From assembly GCA_002378195.1 (NCBI GenBank), contig DFRJ01000002.1, positions 129,054 through 193,053 on the forward strand: a stretch of DNA of 64,000 nt, given 5' to 3'. This stretch comes from Patescibacteria group bacterium UBA3466. Lineage in GTDB: Bacteria; Patescibacteriota; Minisyncoccia; Phycocordibacterales; UBA918. The position numbers and the translations under genes were made by a program. The notes below the pieces were generated by a model. The model did not search any database. It worked only from the letters and a program-made list of their open reading frames with translations, and had not been told where the DNA came from. Below, piece after piece: positions 45,441 through 55,473 of the stretch (its first letter is position 1; the number at the start of each line of letters is the position of its first letter).

Positions 45441-47292
45441 AGTTTGTAGTTCGCATGGTTTCCTTAATGTCAAAGCGAGGGTTTACTTTCTTACCAGGGT
45501 TGAAAATGTCGTTGGGATCAAAGAGGTTTTCAGTCCTCTCAAACAGACCGAGCATTTTCTTAGAAAACATTTTGTTTAGGTGGGGAGTGCGGATGATGCC
45601 GTCGTTGTGTTCGCCACAGATATTGCCCTCAAACTTAACGGCAGTACTGAAGAATTTTTCAGACATTTTTTCTACCAGCTTTGGTGTGGTCTTATTGGTG
45701 AAGTCCAAAAGGGGATAGAAGTGGAAGTGACCATTTCCACCGTGGCCATGGACAGCGGCAGTGATATTGAATTCCTTGAGGAGCTTCTTAATCTGGATGA
45801 AGAACTTGGAGAGGTTCTCAGGTGGAACTGTCATGTCTTCAAGGAAGGCCGCTGGTCGCTTGGAGGTGTCCTGGAACTTAGAAAGGGTGTAGCTAGCTCG
45901 TCTGATTTGCCAATACATTTCAGATTCAATAGGGTTGGTTACCACTCGGGGCTTAACTGACCCTTTGCCAATTTTTTTGGCAATCTCGGCGGCTGGGGTT
46001 TTGTCAGTAGTCGCTTCATCAAGAGTGACCAAAACAGTAAATTCGGGCACCTTGCGACGGAAGCGGACGTGGTAGGTGGAGTACATTGAAAACATCACCT
46101 TGTAGTAGTCTGACTTACTTAGTCGATCCTTAAAGAAACCAGGGTTTTGCAAGGCCAAGTTGAAGGTGAGAGAGTCAAAAACTTCGACATTGATAGGATT
46201 AAATTTAAGGGTTTTCACAATGCAGTCAGCTGCATCTTCTAGGTCGAAGATCGGTAGTGCAATGAGAGTGGTGTTCTCCGGAATAGGAAGAGCTCGTAGG
46301 GTCATGTTGGTGATAATACCAATGGTGCCCTGACTGCCAGAGATAAGTCGAGTGAGATCGAAAGTGCCTTCACCTTTTTTGAATTTATTAACTCCTTGTG
46401 GCATTACGCTCCAAAGCGGGTAGCCCGCGCTGTTCTTTTTGGTGTGCGGCGCATTTTTCTTGATCTCTTTCTCGTTTTTGTTGATCAGGTCAAAAATTTC
46501 CTTAGCTACTCGGGCGTGTTCATGGTCTTGCTTGATGAGCAGTTTGTACTCGCGGTAGGTAATTGGCTTGATGGTGTAGGTGTGTCCGTCGTGTAGGGTA
46601 ACGTCTAGGGATTCAACCCAGTCAGCACAGTGGCCGTGGCGAAGAGAGTCAGGTCCAGCTGCGTTGTTAGCGATGGATCCGCCGACACTACAAATATCCT
46701 TTGAAGCAGGGTAAGGAGGTAGGTAAACGTTGCTAGCTTTTAGTTTCTTTTCAACATCCTTCCACATCGCGCCAGGTTCACAGGTAAAGGTGGTCTTATC
46801 CTTTTTTGTGATTACGTCACCAATCTTATTGAGGTGAGCGCAAACGTCGATGACGATTGAGTCCGTTAGGGAGCCGCCGCCAAGACCAGTTCCGGCTGCT
46901 CTAGGGGTAAGTGAAAGTGAAGGGAAGCGCTTGGTCTCCTCAGCGATAACCTTAGTGGCAATTTCAACGTCGCCACGGTTCTTTGGTTGGATCACTACTT
47001 GTGGTCGGATTGAAAAAATACTTTCATCGGTACTGTAGGCATCGAGGAGAGCTTTCTTGCTAGAGATACCGCCTCGAAAACCAGCTTCACGCAGCATTTT
47101 TTCAACTAGTAGGTGAGCTAGTGGGTTGCGCTTAATGGCGGCTGTCTTCTCAATTTTCTTGGCGGTTTGGCGGATGCTGGCTGTAGTGGTTTTAGGAGTG
47201 CTCTTTTTTCGAGCAGTCTTTTTAGCCGGCGCTTTTTTCTTGGTAGCGCGTTTGGTTGACGACTTCTTTACCGCCGTAGAAGAACGTGACAT
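45439..47292 (-). CDS. FAD-linked oxidase (GlcD/D-lactate dehydrogenase-like) with Lys-rich N-terminal tail
   Basis: PRAAGTGLGG, CSVGGSIANNAAG, GSQGTIG, HGHGGNGHFH, GEHNDG, FNPGK. Confidence 0.88.
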   Translation of the reverse strand: MSRSSTAVKKSSTKRATKKKAPAKKTARKKSTPKTTTASIRQTAKKIEKTAAIKRNPLAHLLVEKMLREAGFRGGISSKKALLDAYSTDESIFSIRPQVVIQPKNRGDVEIATKVIAEETKRFPSLSLTPRAAGTGLGGGSLTDSIVIDVCAHLNKIGDVITKKDKTTFTCEPGAMWKDVEKKLKASNVYLPPYPASKDICSVGGSIANNAAGPDSLRHGHCADWVESLDVTLHDGHTYTIKPITYREYKLLIKQDHEHARVAKEIFDLINKNEKEIKKNAPHTKKNSAGYPLWSVMPQGVNKFKKGEGTFDLTRLISGSQGTIGIITNMTLRALPIPENTTLIALPIFDLEDAADCIVKTLKFNPINVEVFDSLTFNLALQNPGFFKDRLSKSDYYKVMFSMYSTYHVRFRRKVPEFTVLVTLDEATTDKTPAAEIAKKIGKGSVKPRVVTNPIESEMYWQIRRASYTLSKFQDTSKRPAAFLEDMTVPPENLSKFFIQIKKLLKEFNITAAVHGHGGNGHFHFYPLLDFTNKTTPKLVEKMSEKFFSTAVKFEGNICGEHNDGIIRTPHLNKMFSKKMLGLFERTENLFDPNDIFNPGKKVNPRFDIKETMRTTN

Positions 47293-47369
47293 TACATTTA
47301 GTATACACTTTTAGTTTTGAAGGAAGAGTGGTTTTTCACAGTTTAGGTGGGCGTGGTATTCTTACGGCT

Positions 47370-49061
47370 ATGACTCAAGACCGTGCCTTAGATATTTTGA
47401 AGACCGGAGCTAATGTGTTTCTCACTGGTGAACCGGGGGCGGGTAAAACATATGTAATCAACCAGTATGTAGCTTGGCTCGAAGCGGCTGGATTGAATGT
47501 GGCAGTGACCGCTTCGACGGGGATTGCTGCTACGCACATTGGTGGTATGACCATTCATTCGTGGAGTGGCGTGGGTATCAAGGACACGCTTTCGCCGCAA
47601 GACCTTGATGTGATTGTCTCTAGAGAAAAAATCGTCAAACGCGCTAAGCGAGCACAGGTTTTGATTATCGATGAGATTTCGATGCTTGATGGCAAGGTAC
47701 TCAATATGGTCGACAAGATTTTGAAGACTATCCGTCAAAGTGAAGAAGCTTTTGGTGGTATTCAGGTGGTTTGTATCGGAGATTTTTTTCAGCTACCACC
47801 AGTGACACGTCAGGGCGATGTGATGCAGTATGCTTTTATGTCGGAAGCGTGGCTAGCTCTAAAGCCACTTATTTGCTACTTGAGTGAACAGCATCGACAG
47901 GAAGATGAGTTGTTTCTGAGTTTGCTGGGCTCGATTCGCACTGGAGAGATCGAGGAAGATCACTACACCTTGCTGCAAGAACAGGTGGATATTGGCTATG
48001 AAGATATCGAACCAACGCGTTTGTATACCCACAATGCCGATGTAGATGCGGTGAACAGTCAGAAGCTGTCTGAATTGCCAAGTCCAGCACACAAATATCA
48101 AATGGAGGGGAAGGGCGGTAAACACCTCATTGAAGGATTGGTAAAAAACTGTCTGTCGCCAGAGATGTTGGTCTTGAAGGAAGATGCGATGGTGATGTTT
48201 ACCAAAAATAATTTTGAGGCTGGGTATGTAAACGGGACGCTTGGTCGGGTGGTGCGCTTTAAGGACGGATATCCGGTTGTCGAAACTACCGAAGGCAAAG
48301 AAATCGATGTGACAACCACTACCTGGGAGGTGGCTGAAGACGGAAAGATCTTAGCGTCGATCGAACAACTGCCAATTCGTCTGGCGTGGGCGATTACCGT
48401 CCATAAGAGTCAAGGAATGTCACTCGATGCAGCAGAAATTGATCTTTCAAAAGCGTTTGTTTACGGGCAGGGCTACGTGGCGCTGTCTCGGGTCCGTTCC
48501 CTTGAAGGACTTAAGGTCTTGGGTATGCATCCAAATGCTTTGCAGGTTGATCCTTTGGTGATACGGGCTGATCAGCGGTTTCGCGAACTGACCGAAGAAG
48601 CTGATGATGCTTTTTCGGCTATGGAGGATGACGAGGTGGAGGAAATGCACGAACGGTTTGTGGTGGCTCATGGTGGCAAGGTACCAACGGGAGAGATAGT
48701 GCCAGCCTCAAATATTGAACGCCTGAAGAAGACTAGTACTTATGAAGAGACCAAGCGACTCTTACTGGAGGGTAGGTCGACAGAGCAGATTGCGAAAGAG
48801 CGAGGGATTGCGCCAAGTACGGTTTGGACACACTTTGAAAAATTGGCAGAGGACGGTGCGTTTGATGCGGCCGATATTAAGAAGCTTGAGCCAACCGATT
48901 GGTCTGATATCAAACCTGAGCTATTTAGAGCACTCGATAAGTACGGTGCTGAAAAGCTGAAGCCTATTTATGACGAATGTGACGAAAAGTATGATTATGA
49001 TCTGGTCCGCTTGGCTCGGATGCAGTACCGCTTAGAAGGGAAGGAAGAAGTGGTGTTTTAA
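47370..49061 (+). CDS. PIF1/RecD-like helicase with C-terminal HTH
   Basis: GEPGAGKT, IIDEISM, GDFFQLPPV, WAITVHKSQG, YVALSR. Confidence 0.92.
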   Translation: MTQDRALDILKTGANVFLTGEPGAGKTYVINQYVAWLEAAGLNVAVTASTGIAATHIGGMTIHSWSGVGIKDTLSPQDLDVIVSREKIVKRAKRAQVLIIDEISMLDGKVLNMVDKILKTIRQSEEAFGGIQVVCIGDFFQLPPVTRQGDVMQYAFMSEAWLALKPLICYLSEQHRQEDELFLSLLGSIRTGEIEEDHYTLLQEQVDIGYEDIEPTRLYTHNADVDAVNSQKLSELPSPAHKYQMEGKGGKHLIEGLVKNCLSPEMLVLKEDAMVMFTKNNFEAGYVNGTLGRVVRFKDGYPVVETTEGKEIDVTTTTWEVAEDGKILASIEQLPIRLAWAITVHKSQGMSLDAAEIDLSKAFVYGQGYVALSRVRSLEGLKVLGMHPNALQVDPLVIRADQRFRELTEEADDAFSAMEDDEVEEMHERFVVAHGGKVPTGEIVPASNIERLKKTSTYEETKRLLLEGRSTEQIAKERGIAPSTVWTHFEKLAEDGAFDAADIKKLEPTDWSDIKPELFRALDKYGAEKLKPIYDECDEKYDYDLVRLARMQYRLEGKEEVVF

Positions 49062-49067
49062 TGATTC

Positions 49068-49499
49068 ATGTACTGGATTAGACGAAGGCGCCGGAAGTGG
49101 GCGAGTAGTGTCACGAAGCACTACCAAGAGCATAAGGAAGAGGCGCGCTCCCGCGTGCTCGCGCGCCTCGAGCACTTCAATCAACATTATCAGCTTGAGT
49201 GGAATCGAGTGGCGATTCGCAACCAACGTCGGTGTTGGGGAAGTTGTTCCTCTCTAAAAAATCTAAATTTTAATTACAAAATTATCTTGCTGCCACCACA
49301 CCTGGCAGACTACATTATCGTGCATGAGATGTGTCATTTGGTGCATTTACACCACCGTCAGGAGTTTTGGGACTTGGTAGCGGAGCAGGTGCCAGATTAT
49401 AAAAGGCGCGTAGCGGAGCTACGCGCCATCGATAAGCTGGGTGGCTCGGTTTCAGCGCTCACAAAAGTTCAAGAGCAATACTTGGCTGAGCTAAATTAA
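49068..49499 (+). CDS. YgjP/M48-like metallopeptidase domain protein
   Basis: WGSCS, DYIIVHEMCHL..H...FW. Confidence 0.85.
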   Translation: MYWIRRRRRKWASSVTKHYQEHKEEARSRVLARLEHFNQHYQLEWNRVAIRNQRRCWGSCSSLKNLNFNYKIILLPPHLADYIIVHEMCHLVHLHHRQEFWDLVAEQVPDYKRRVAELRAIDKLGGSVSALTKVQEQYLAELN

Positions 49500-49511
49500 G
49501 TTTGGTCTATG

Positions 49512-49542
49512 GGGCCGGATTGCTTGCAATCCGGCCCTTTTT
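49512..49542 (+). terminator. Intrinsic terminator
   Basis: gggccggattgc-tt-gcaatccggccc followed by ttttt. Confidence 0.85.
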
Positions 49543-49646
49543 GCATTCTTCACTCTGCCAAGTGGGGAATGAAGTGAAATATTTTTCCAGCGAAGCAGTA
49601 TTATTAAATGTAAAGTCAATTTAACATTTAGTTTTTAATTATTTTT

Positions 49647-50966
49647 ATGGATTTCTTTAGTAGTTTATTTTTATCAATCGCCAGCTTTTTCGGAATGAGC
49701 ACTGAGCCCGAACCAATCGTGGTTGAGCCCGCAGCTGTCGAAGAAGTGGCAGAAATGCCAGGTGAGATGGTGGATGGCATGGATACAGAAGAAGTTGCTG
49801 AAGAAACAGTAGCTGAACCCTCGGAATCGGTAGTGGTGATTGATTCTGAACCCGAACCGGAGCCAGAGTTAGAAGAGGAGGTCGAAGTGTCGATGGTCGG
49901 ATCGGCACCGGTAAGTACTGAAGTGGCCCTCGAGCCAGACATTAGGACCATGATCGTGGCTGGCGGCTGCTTCTGGTGTGTCGAGGCTGACCTAGAAAAG
50001 ACTAATGGAGTAATTGAAGCTGTCTCCGGGTACTCAGGTGGCACTACCGACAATCCTACCTACAAAAACTACGGTAGTGGCGGACACCGCGAGGTGGTGG
50101 AGGTTACCTACGACGCCAATCAGATCTCATTTGAAGAAGTGTTGATTGTGACCATGAAGACTACCGACCCAACAGATGATGACGGCACTTTTGCCGATCG
50201 TGGAGATAAGTACTCAGCGGCCTTTTACTACGAGACTGATGAACAAAAAGAAATTATTGAAAACTTGATTGCAGAAGTGGATGAGTTTGGTCCCTACGAC
50301 GCGCCATTGGCGATCGATGTGGAGCCACGTGCTACTTTCTGGAAAGCAGAAGATAACCACCAAGACTACTACAAAGGCGCCTTCACTCAGTTAAAATATC
50401 AGTATTATCGTAATGCCTCAGGCCGTACCGACTTTATTGAAAAATATTGGGGAGTAAATGATCATAGTCCTGAACTACCATGGAGAACAGAGCAGACTAA
50501 TAACAATAATCAAACTTATATGTGGAGTAATTATGTAAAGCCGAGTAAAGATGAATTGGAGAATGTTTTAGACCCGCTAGCGTTCAAGGTGACGCAGGAG
50601 GATGGTACAGAGCGAGCTGGTACCAGTCCGCTAGACAAGAACTGGGAAGATGGAATCTACGTAGATATCCTCTCTGGTGAGCCACTTTATTCATCAAAAG
50701 ATAAATTTGACTCAGGTACCGGTTGGCCGTCATTTGTGAAGCCGATCACTCCCGAGGCTATTACTTACCATGAAGACCGTAAGCTATTTAGTGTGCGCAC
50801 GGAGACACGTTCGGCAATCGCCGACAATCACCTCGGACATGTGTTCAGTGACGGTCCGGCCGATAGAGGAGGGAAGCGGTACTGCATGAATGGTGCGGCG
50901 CTAGAGTTTGTCCCGAAGGCTGAGATGGAGGAGCGAGGGTATGGAGAGTTCTTACAATTTATCTAA
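49647..50966 (+). CDS. msrAB: Methionine sulfoxide reductase MsrAB fusion with exported acidic N-terminus
   Basis: GGCFWC (MsrA); SGTGWPSF, HLGHVF, RYCMN (MsrB). Confidence 0.93.
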   Translation: MDFFSSLFLSIASFFGMSTEPEPIVVEPAAVEEVAEMPGEMVDGMDTEEVAEETVAEPSESVVVIDSEPEPEPELEEEVEVSMVGSAPVSTEVALEPDIRTMIVAGGCFWCVEADLEKTNGVIEAVSGYSGGTTDNPTYKNYGSGGHREVVEVTYDANQISFEEVLIVTMKTTDPTDDDGTFADRGDKYSAAFYYETDEQKEIIENLIAEVDEFGPYDAPLAIDVEPRATFWKAEDNHQDYYKGAFTQLKYQYYRNASGRTDFIEKYWGVNDHSPELPWRTEQTNNNNQTYMWSNYVKPSKDELENVLDPLAFKVTQEDGTERAGTSPLDKNWEDGIYVDILSGEPLYSSKDKFDSGTGWPSFVKPITPEAITYHEDRKLFSVRTETRSAIADNHLGHVFSDGPADRGGKRYCMNGAALEFVPKAEMEERGYGEFLQFI

Positions 50967-50995
50967 AAACCTAGTCTCGTGTTAGCATAGTAGCC

Positions 50996-52225
50996 ATGAT
51001 TAAAAAAATATTTAGATTTCTATCACTGATAGTTCTGTTGATGCCGTTAGCTTTGCCACTTACCTCTACAGCTGAAGAGGTGGTAAATAGCGATCCTACT
51101 GTTTTTATGTTTGGTCGGGACGATTGTGGTTTTTGTAAGGCGCAGTCTGCTTGGCTGAATGAGGAGGGGATTGACTACGAATATCTAAATATTATCGAAG
51201 ATCGGCAGGCTCGAGATTGGTACAATCAAGTGGCTGAGAAACATGAGGTGTCAAAGGTAACCCCGATTACAGTCATCGGTGAACGAGTGGTGGTCGGTTT
51301 TAATGGTCCGGAAACCACGGGTGCTAGTATCAAACAAGCGATCGAGCTGGCTAAGCAAACCGAAGTGAATACCATTGAGGCTCATATTCAAGAAGCACCA
51401 CAGCAGGCGGTGATTCTAGGTGGCGGTTGTTCTGATATGGGTTGTTCAATGGGTACAGATAGTGCCTATGTTTTTGATTTGCCTTTGTTGGGCATGATTG
51501 ACCTGCGATCTTTCTCACTATTTTCACTGTCGGCGGTGTTGGGAGTGATTGATGGTTTTAATCCGTGTGCTATGTGGGTCTTGATCACTTTCTTGACGCT
51601 GCTCTCGCAAGCCGGCAGTCGGAAGCGCATGATCATGCTGGCGGGAATCTTTATTCTGGCGCAAGGTATTATGTACAACCTGATTCTCAATGTTTGGTAC
51701 AAAACTTGGGATTTTGTAGCACTCGATCAGTACGTAACACCAGTAGTAGGTTTCTTGGCTTTGGGTGGAGGTATTTTCTTTTTGTGGCGGTGGAATAAAA
51801 ACAGAGCCGAAGCTAATCAGTTGGTGTGCGATATCACCGATATCGAAACTCAGTCTAAGACTATTAGTAAGTTTCAGGAAATTGTCTCGAAGCCAGTGAC
51901 TATCGCTTCGATTCTTGGAATCTTAGTAATTGCGTTCTCAGTGAATGTAATTGAGTTTGCGTGTTCAATTGGTATTCCTCAGGCATACACTAAGATTCTT
52001 GAACTTAATATGCTGACCTTCCTCGAAAGACAGTGGTACATCTTGGTATTCTCCATCGGTTATATGATTGATGACGTGATTGTGTTTGGGTTGGCAATTT
52101 GGGGTTATGGCAAGTTGCAGGCGCATGGTGGAAAGTATGCGCAAATGTCGCTCTTGATTGGTGGAGTGTTGATGCTGGTGCTCGGCGCCGTCTTGGTGCT
52201 CAACCCTTCTTTACTAGTGTTGTAG
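50996..52225 (+). CDS. Glutaredoxin-like domain fused to CcdA-like membrane domain
   Basis: Signal peptide, CGFC, then DGFNPCA and EFACS membrane cysteines. Confidence 0.78.
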   Translation: MIKKIFRFLSLIVLLMPLALPLTSTAEEVVNSDPTVFMFGRDDCGFCKAQSAWLNEEGIDYEYLNIIEDRQARDWYNQVAEKHEVSKVTPITVIGERVVVGFNGPETTGASIKQAIELAKQTEVNTIEAHIQEAPQQAVILGGGCSDMGCSMGTDSAYVFDLPLLGMIDLRSFSLFSLSAVLGVIDGFNPCAMWVLITFLTLLSQAGSRKRMIMLAGIFILAQGIMYNLILNVWYKTWDFVALDQYVTPVVGFLALGGGIFFLWRWNKNRAEANQLVCDITDIETQSKTISKFQEIVSKPVTIASILGILVIAFSVNVIEFACSIGIPQAYTKILELNMLTFLERQWYILVFSIGYMIDDVIVFGLAIWGYGKLQAHGGKYAQMSLLIGGVLMLVLGAVLVLNPSLLVL

Positions 52226-52244
52226 TAGGGTATACTCTAGAAAT

Positions 52245-53195
52245 ATGGAAATAATGCAGTTACTACAATGGTCAGGTATTCTGATCTTCTCTTTATACGT
52301 ATTAGTTCGCGGGGCAGATTTATTTGTTGAGGGAGCTAAGCAGATTGGTGCTTCATTGGGTATGAGTGCGTTTGCAATTGGTGTATTGATAGTTGGGCTT
52401 GGCACCTCCTTGCCAGAGCTGGCCTCATCTTTAGCAGCGGTATTTGCTGATTCAACCGAGATTGTTATTGCGAATGCGGTCGGTTCTAATATCACTAATA
52501 TACTCTTGATTGTGGGGGTGTTGGCGATGCTGGGTGGGCCAGTGATGATTAATAAAAATTTGCTTAAGAGCGAATTGCCAATTTTCTTTATCGCCACTGT
52601 TCACTTTGTGGCTAGTGTGTTTGATGGAGTGATCGATCGGATTGAAGCTGTCTTGCTGTTCGGTACTTTGTGCGCATATATTTGGTATCTGTTTTCTTCA
52701 GGTAATAAAGCCAAGGAAGAGATGGAGGTGAAGCCGCGTCGGAAGAAACTCAAAGTGAAGGATGTGGTTTTTGTGGTGCTGGGGATTGCTGCAGTATTGG
52801 TAGGAGCTCACTATACAGTGCAGATGGCGGTGAATATTGCTACAGGCTTGTCAGTACCAATTGGTTTGGTGTCGATTGGGGCAATTGCGATTGGTACATC
52901 ATTGCCAGAGTTATTCGTATCGCTGCAGGCTATCAAGACTAAAGAGATCGATCTGGCAATCGGAAATATCTTTGGTTCAAATGCTTTTAATATTTTGATG
53001 GTGGTCGGTATTCCCGGCATTATTATGCCGCTACATGCAGGTGAGGTGGTAATGCAGCTAGGTCTTTGGGTCTTGGTGGCAGCCTCATTAATTTTGTTTG
53101 TTAACGGATTAGCACGACAGGTGCAAAAGTGGGAAGGAATCGCGATGATTCTTTTCTTTTGTTTCTTTCTCGTAAAGCTCGTTGATTTTGTGTAA
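52245..53195 (+). CDS. Ca2+/Na+ antiporter (YrbG-like)
   Basis: Duplicated GTSLPE...GSN alpha repeats. Confidence 0.92.
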   Translation: MEIMQLLQWSGILIFSLYVLVRGADLFVEGAKQIGASLGMSAFAIGVLIVGLGTSLPELASSLAAVFADSTEIVIANAVGSNITNILLIVGVLAMLGGPVMINKNLLKSELPIFFIATVHFVASVFDGVIDRIEAVLLFGTLCAYIWYLFSSGNKAKEEMEVKPRRKKLKVKDVVFVVLGIAAVLVGAHYTVQMAVNIATGLSVPIGLVSIGAIAIGTSLPELFVSLQAIKTKEIDLAIGNIFGSNAFNILMVVGIPGIIMPLHAGEVVMQLGLWVLVAASLILFVNGLARQVQKWEGIAMILFFCFFLVKLVDFV

Positions 53196-53272
53196 GTAAG
53201 TGACTCGTATTATTCACACGCTCCGACGTACATGTTACTTTGATTGGCGTTTGGCACCACCTACTTATTTAT

Positions 53273-53974
53273 ATGGATCAAGTTGAAATATTATTGATAG
53301 ATAAACCGCACGGGATCACGTCATTTGATGTGATTCGTCGTTTGCGCCGCCGCTATAGTGACTCACATGGAGGTCAAAAAGCTCCCAAGCTGGGACATTC
53401 CGGCACATTAGATCCTTTGGCGACTGGTCTGATGGTGCTTGGTGTCGGGAAGGGTACTAAGAAGCTTGCTGAGCTTATAAAGCTTGATAAGGAGTATGTC
53501 GCAGAAGTATTGATAGGAGAAAGTCGCACTACGGGCGATATGGAAGGGGAGGTAGTGGAAGAAAAACGGGTGGAGGAGACGGAGGAAATTTTGCGTAGCA
53601 AAATTTCCTCCGCCCTCACCGAGTTGGTCGGAGAGATCGAACTGCCAGTCTCTGCCTATAGTGCAATCAAGGTAGATGGGGTGCCGATGTATAAAAGAGC
53701 CCGCAAGGCTGAGAAGAGTGGCGAAGTGGTGGATGAGGTGCCGATGCGAGTAATGAAGGTGTACGAGGCAGAGCTGCTTAGCTTGGAAGTAGGCGGCGAC
53801 CGAGCGGTAGCGACAATTAGGTTTTCGGTAGCCAGCGGAACCTACATTAGATCACTAGGCGAAGAGCTTGGTCGCCGCCTTGGCTACCCGGCCTGCCTTA
53901 AGAACCTGCGTCGCACTAAGGTGGGAGAGTTTGATATTAAAGATGCAAAGCAGATAGAAGAGGTGTTTAAATAA
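53273..53974 (+). CDS. truB: tRNA pseudouridine(55) synthase
   Basis: IDKPHGITS, GHSGTLDPLATG, YSAIKVDG, SGTYIRSL. Confidence 0.95.
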   Translation: MDQVEILLIDKPHGITSFDVIRRLRRRYSDSHGGQKAPKLGHSGTLDPLATGLMVLGVGKGTKKLAELIKLDKEYVAEVLIGESRTTGDMEGEVVEEKRVEETEEILRSKISSALTELVGEIELPVSAYSAIKVDGVPMYKRARKAEKSGEVVDEVPMRVMKVYEAELLSLEVGGDRAVATIRFSVASGTYIRSLGEELGRRLGYPACLKNLRRTKVGEFDIKDAKQIEEVFK

Positions 53975-53977
53975 AAA

Positions 53978-54002
53978 ACCGCCCAAGCTTACGCTGGGCG
54001 GT
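53978..54002. terminator. Hairpin terminator between truB and the convergent ORFan
   Basis: accgccca...tgggcggt preceded by an A run. Confidence 0.65.
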
Positions 54003-54023
54003 CGGAGACCAGAAGGTTCGAGC

Positions 54024-54236
54024 TCAGTGAACGCGGGCTGCGTTACACTTTGCACCGTGGCGAGACAGGAAGTCTGCTACCTTGCGATCTGTGTGCTCGT
54101 CGTCACACTCTACATGAACGGTGTTTCCGCCTTGCATTGTGATGTCGAGCTTACTGTCGAAGATGGCTTGAAGACATTCGGCATCTGCGACAGTGGTAAT
54201 TTCTGCTTGTCCTGCGGGCGAGGTCCAAGTGCTCAT
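54024..54236 (-). CDS. Hypothetical protein (70 aa)
   Basis: GGGAG SD, upstream promoter repeat, downstream hairpin. Confidence 0.65.
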   Translation of the reverse strand: MSTWTSPAGQAEITTVADAECLQAIFDSKLDITMQGGNTVHVECDDEHTDRKVADFLSRHGAKCNAARVH

Positions 54237-54275
54237 TTATTTTCTCCCAATGATCATGCACGAAATTGTGCACTT

Positions 54276-54309
54276 ATATTAAAACACATTTCAGGAAAAA
54301 GTAAAGAAA
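54276..54309 (-). promoter_or_regulatory. Repeated promoter module, copy 1
   Basis: TTTACT...TTTAAT/TAATAT on minus strand; 31/34 identical to 54671-54704. Confidence 0.7.
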
Positions 54310-54310
54310 T

Positions 54311-54340
54311 ATGGGGTGCTGCAGCAGTGCAGCACCCCAT
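54311..54340 (-). terminator. Terminator hairpin
   Basis: 13-bp stem atggggtgctgca / tgcagcaccccat. Confidence 0.8.
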
Positions 54341-54345
54341 TTTGC

Positions 54346-54636
54346 TTAGTGGCAGGTAGACTTCATTCGTTGGTTCACATTCCAAGGATCGCGCATGCGA
54401 CTGAAGATTCTAGCCTGCGGATTCTCTTCTGAAAGGTAATCCATGTATTCGGATATCTGCTGAGTCGTCTTCTCGTCGTAGGCGTGAAGTTGGCCCCAAC
54501 GATCGGCACCCACCTGTTCTGGTTCGGATATCGAAACGTTACTTTCGAATCGGCGGATGAATGCTTCAACATCATCTGCTCCACAGGGGAATAGTTCGTC
54601 GAACTTAAAACCCCAAACCCTTACCTTATTGTCCAT
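54346..54636 (-). CDS. Hypothetical protein (96 aa)
   Basis: AAGGAG SD, promoter repeat, terminator. Confidence 0.7.
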   Translation of the reverse strand: MDNKVRVWGFKFDELFPCGADDVEAFIRRFESNVSISEPEQVGADRWGQLHAYDEKTTQQISEYMDYLSEENPQARIFSRMRDPWNVNQRMKSTCH

Positions 54637-54670
54637 TTACTTCTCCTTAAGAAGGACCAAATCACCAATA

Positions 54671-54704
54671 ATATTAAAACACAATTTAGTAAAAAGTAAA
54701 GAAA
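54671..54704 (-). promoter_or_regulatory. Repeated promoter module, copy 2
   Basis: 31/34 identical to 54276-54309. Confidence 0.7.
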
Positions 54705-54726
54705 AAGACCGCCTCCTTGCGGTCGT

Positions 54727-55473
54727 TTAGCTGAGATGAAGAAATTTTTGTGGGCCGCGCATTTTATCTATGGCTTTAGCTTGCGATCGCTTCACTTGCT
54801 GTCTCTTTGCACCAGCGGCGATAGCTCGCATCAGGTCGTTTGACAGGTTTGTGAGAGTATCTTTCAGACGGGGCGGCAAGATTCCAAGTTGTCTTCCATC
54901 GTGGTCATAGAGTCCTGTGGGTAGGAAGTTTAGTACGCTCCCGTCGAACCTAAATCTTACTCTGGTAGCTGAGAAAGATAGTAGTTCGATATCCCAAAGT
55001 GAAACACCTCTCAGTGGTCGCACTTTCGGCTGTTTCAGATACTCCTCACGCACGCATAGATCAGTCTGCAGGTTCCAGTTTATGGGCGGGGGAGCCGGAG
55101 TAATCTCCGGTATCAGTTCAGGATTGATGCGTGCAAAATCGAGGTCTTCCAGATAACGATCTCTGGCCCTGCGTCCGCGGGCAATACTCCAGCCTTCATG
55201 CAGTTTGGAGTACAGCTCTTCGGTGAGTAGCTCCATGATCTGTTTGGTTTCTCGATCGAGTTGAGAAACGGTATTACTTGGTTTAGCGCGAGTGTTTATA
55301 AGATCAAAGTAGAAGAGTTCTCTTCTAAATTGAAATATCGCTTCATCTTCGTTGTACGAGACGACCCGAAAGCCTTCTCGATTGTATGTGTACTTGTGGA
55401 ACAGGGAGAAGAAGACGTTTGGACGCTTACTCTCTTTCTGTTGCATGTATATATTTCTTGCCTTGGTCGGCAT
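54727..55473 (-). CDS. Hypothetical basic protein (248 aa)
   Basis: GGAGG SD; TTTACA-17 bp-TATAAA promoter overlapping the inverted repeat at 55494-55529. Confidence 0.75.
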   Translation of the reverse strand: MPTKARNIYMQQKESKRPNVFFSLFHKYTYNREGFRVVSYNEDEAIFQFRRELFYFDLINTRAKPSNTVSQLDRETKQIMELLTEELYSKLHEGWSIARGRRARDRYLEDLDFARINPELIPEITPAPPPINWNLQTDLCVREEYLKQPKVRPLRGVSLWDIELLSFSATRVRFRFDGSVLNFLPTGLYDHDGRQLGILPPRLKDTLTNLSNDLMRAIAAGAKRQQVKRSQAKAIDKMRGPQKFLHLS

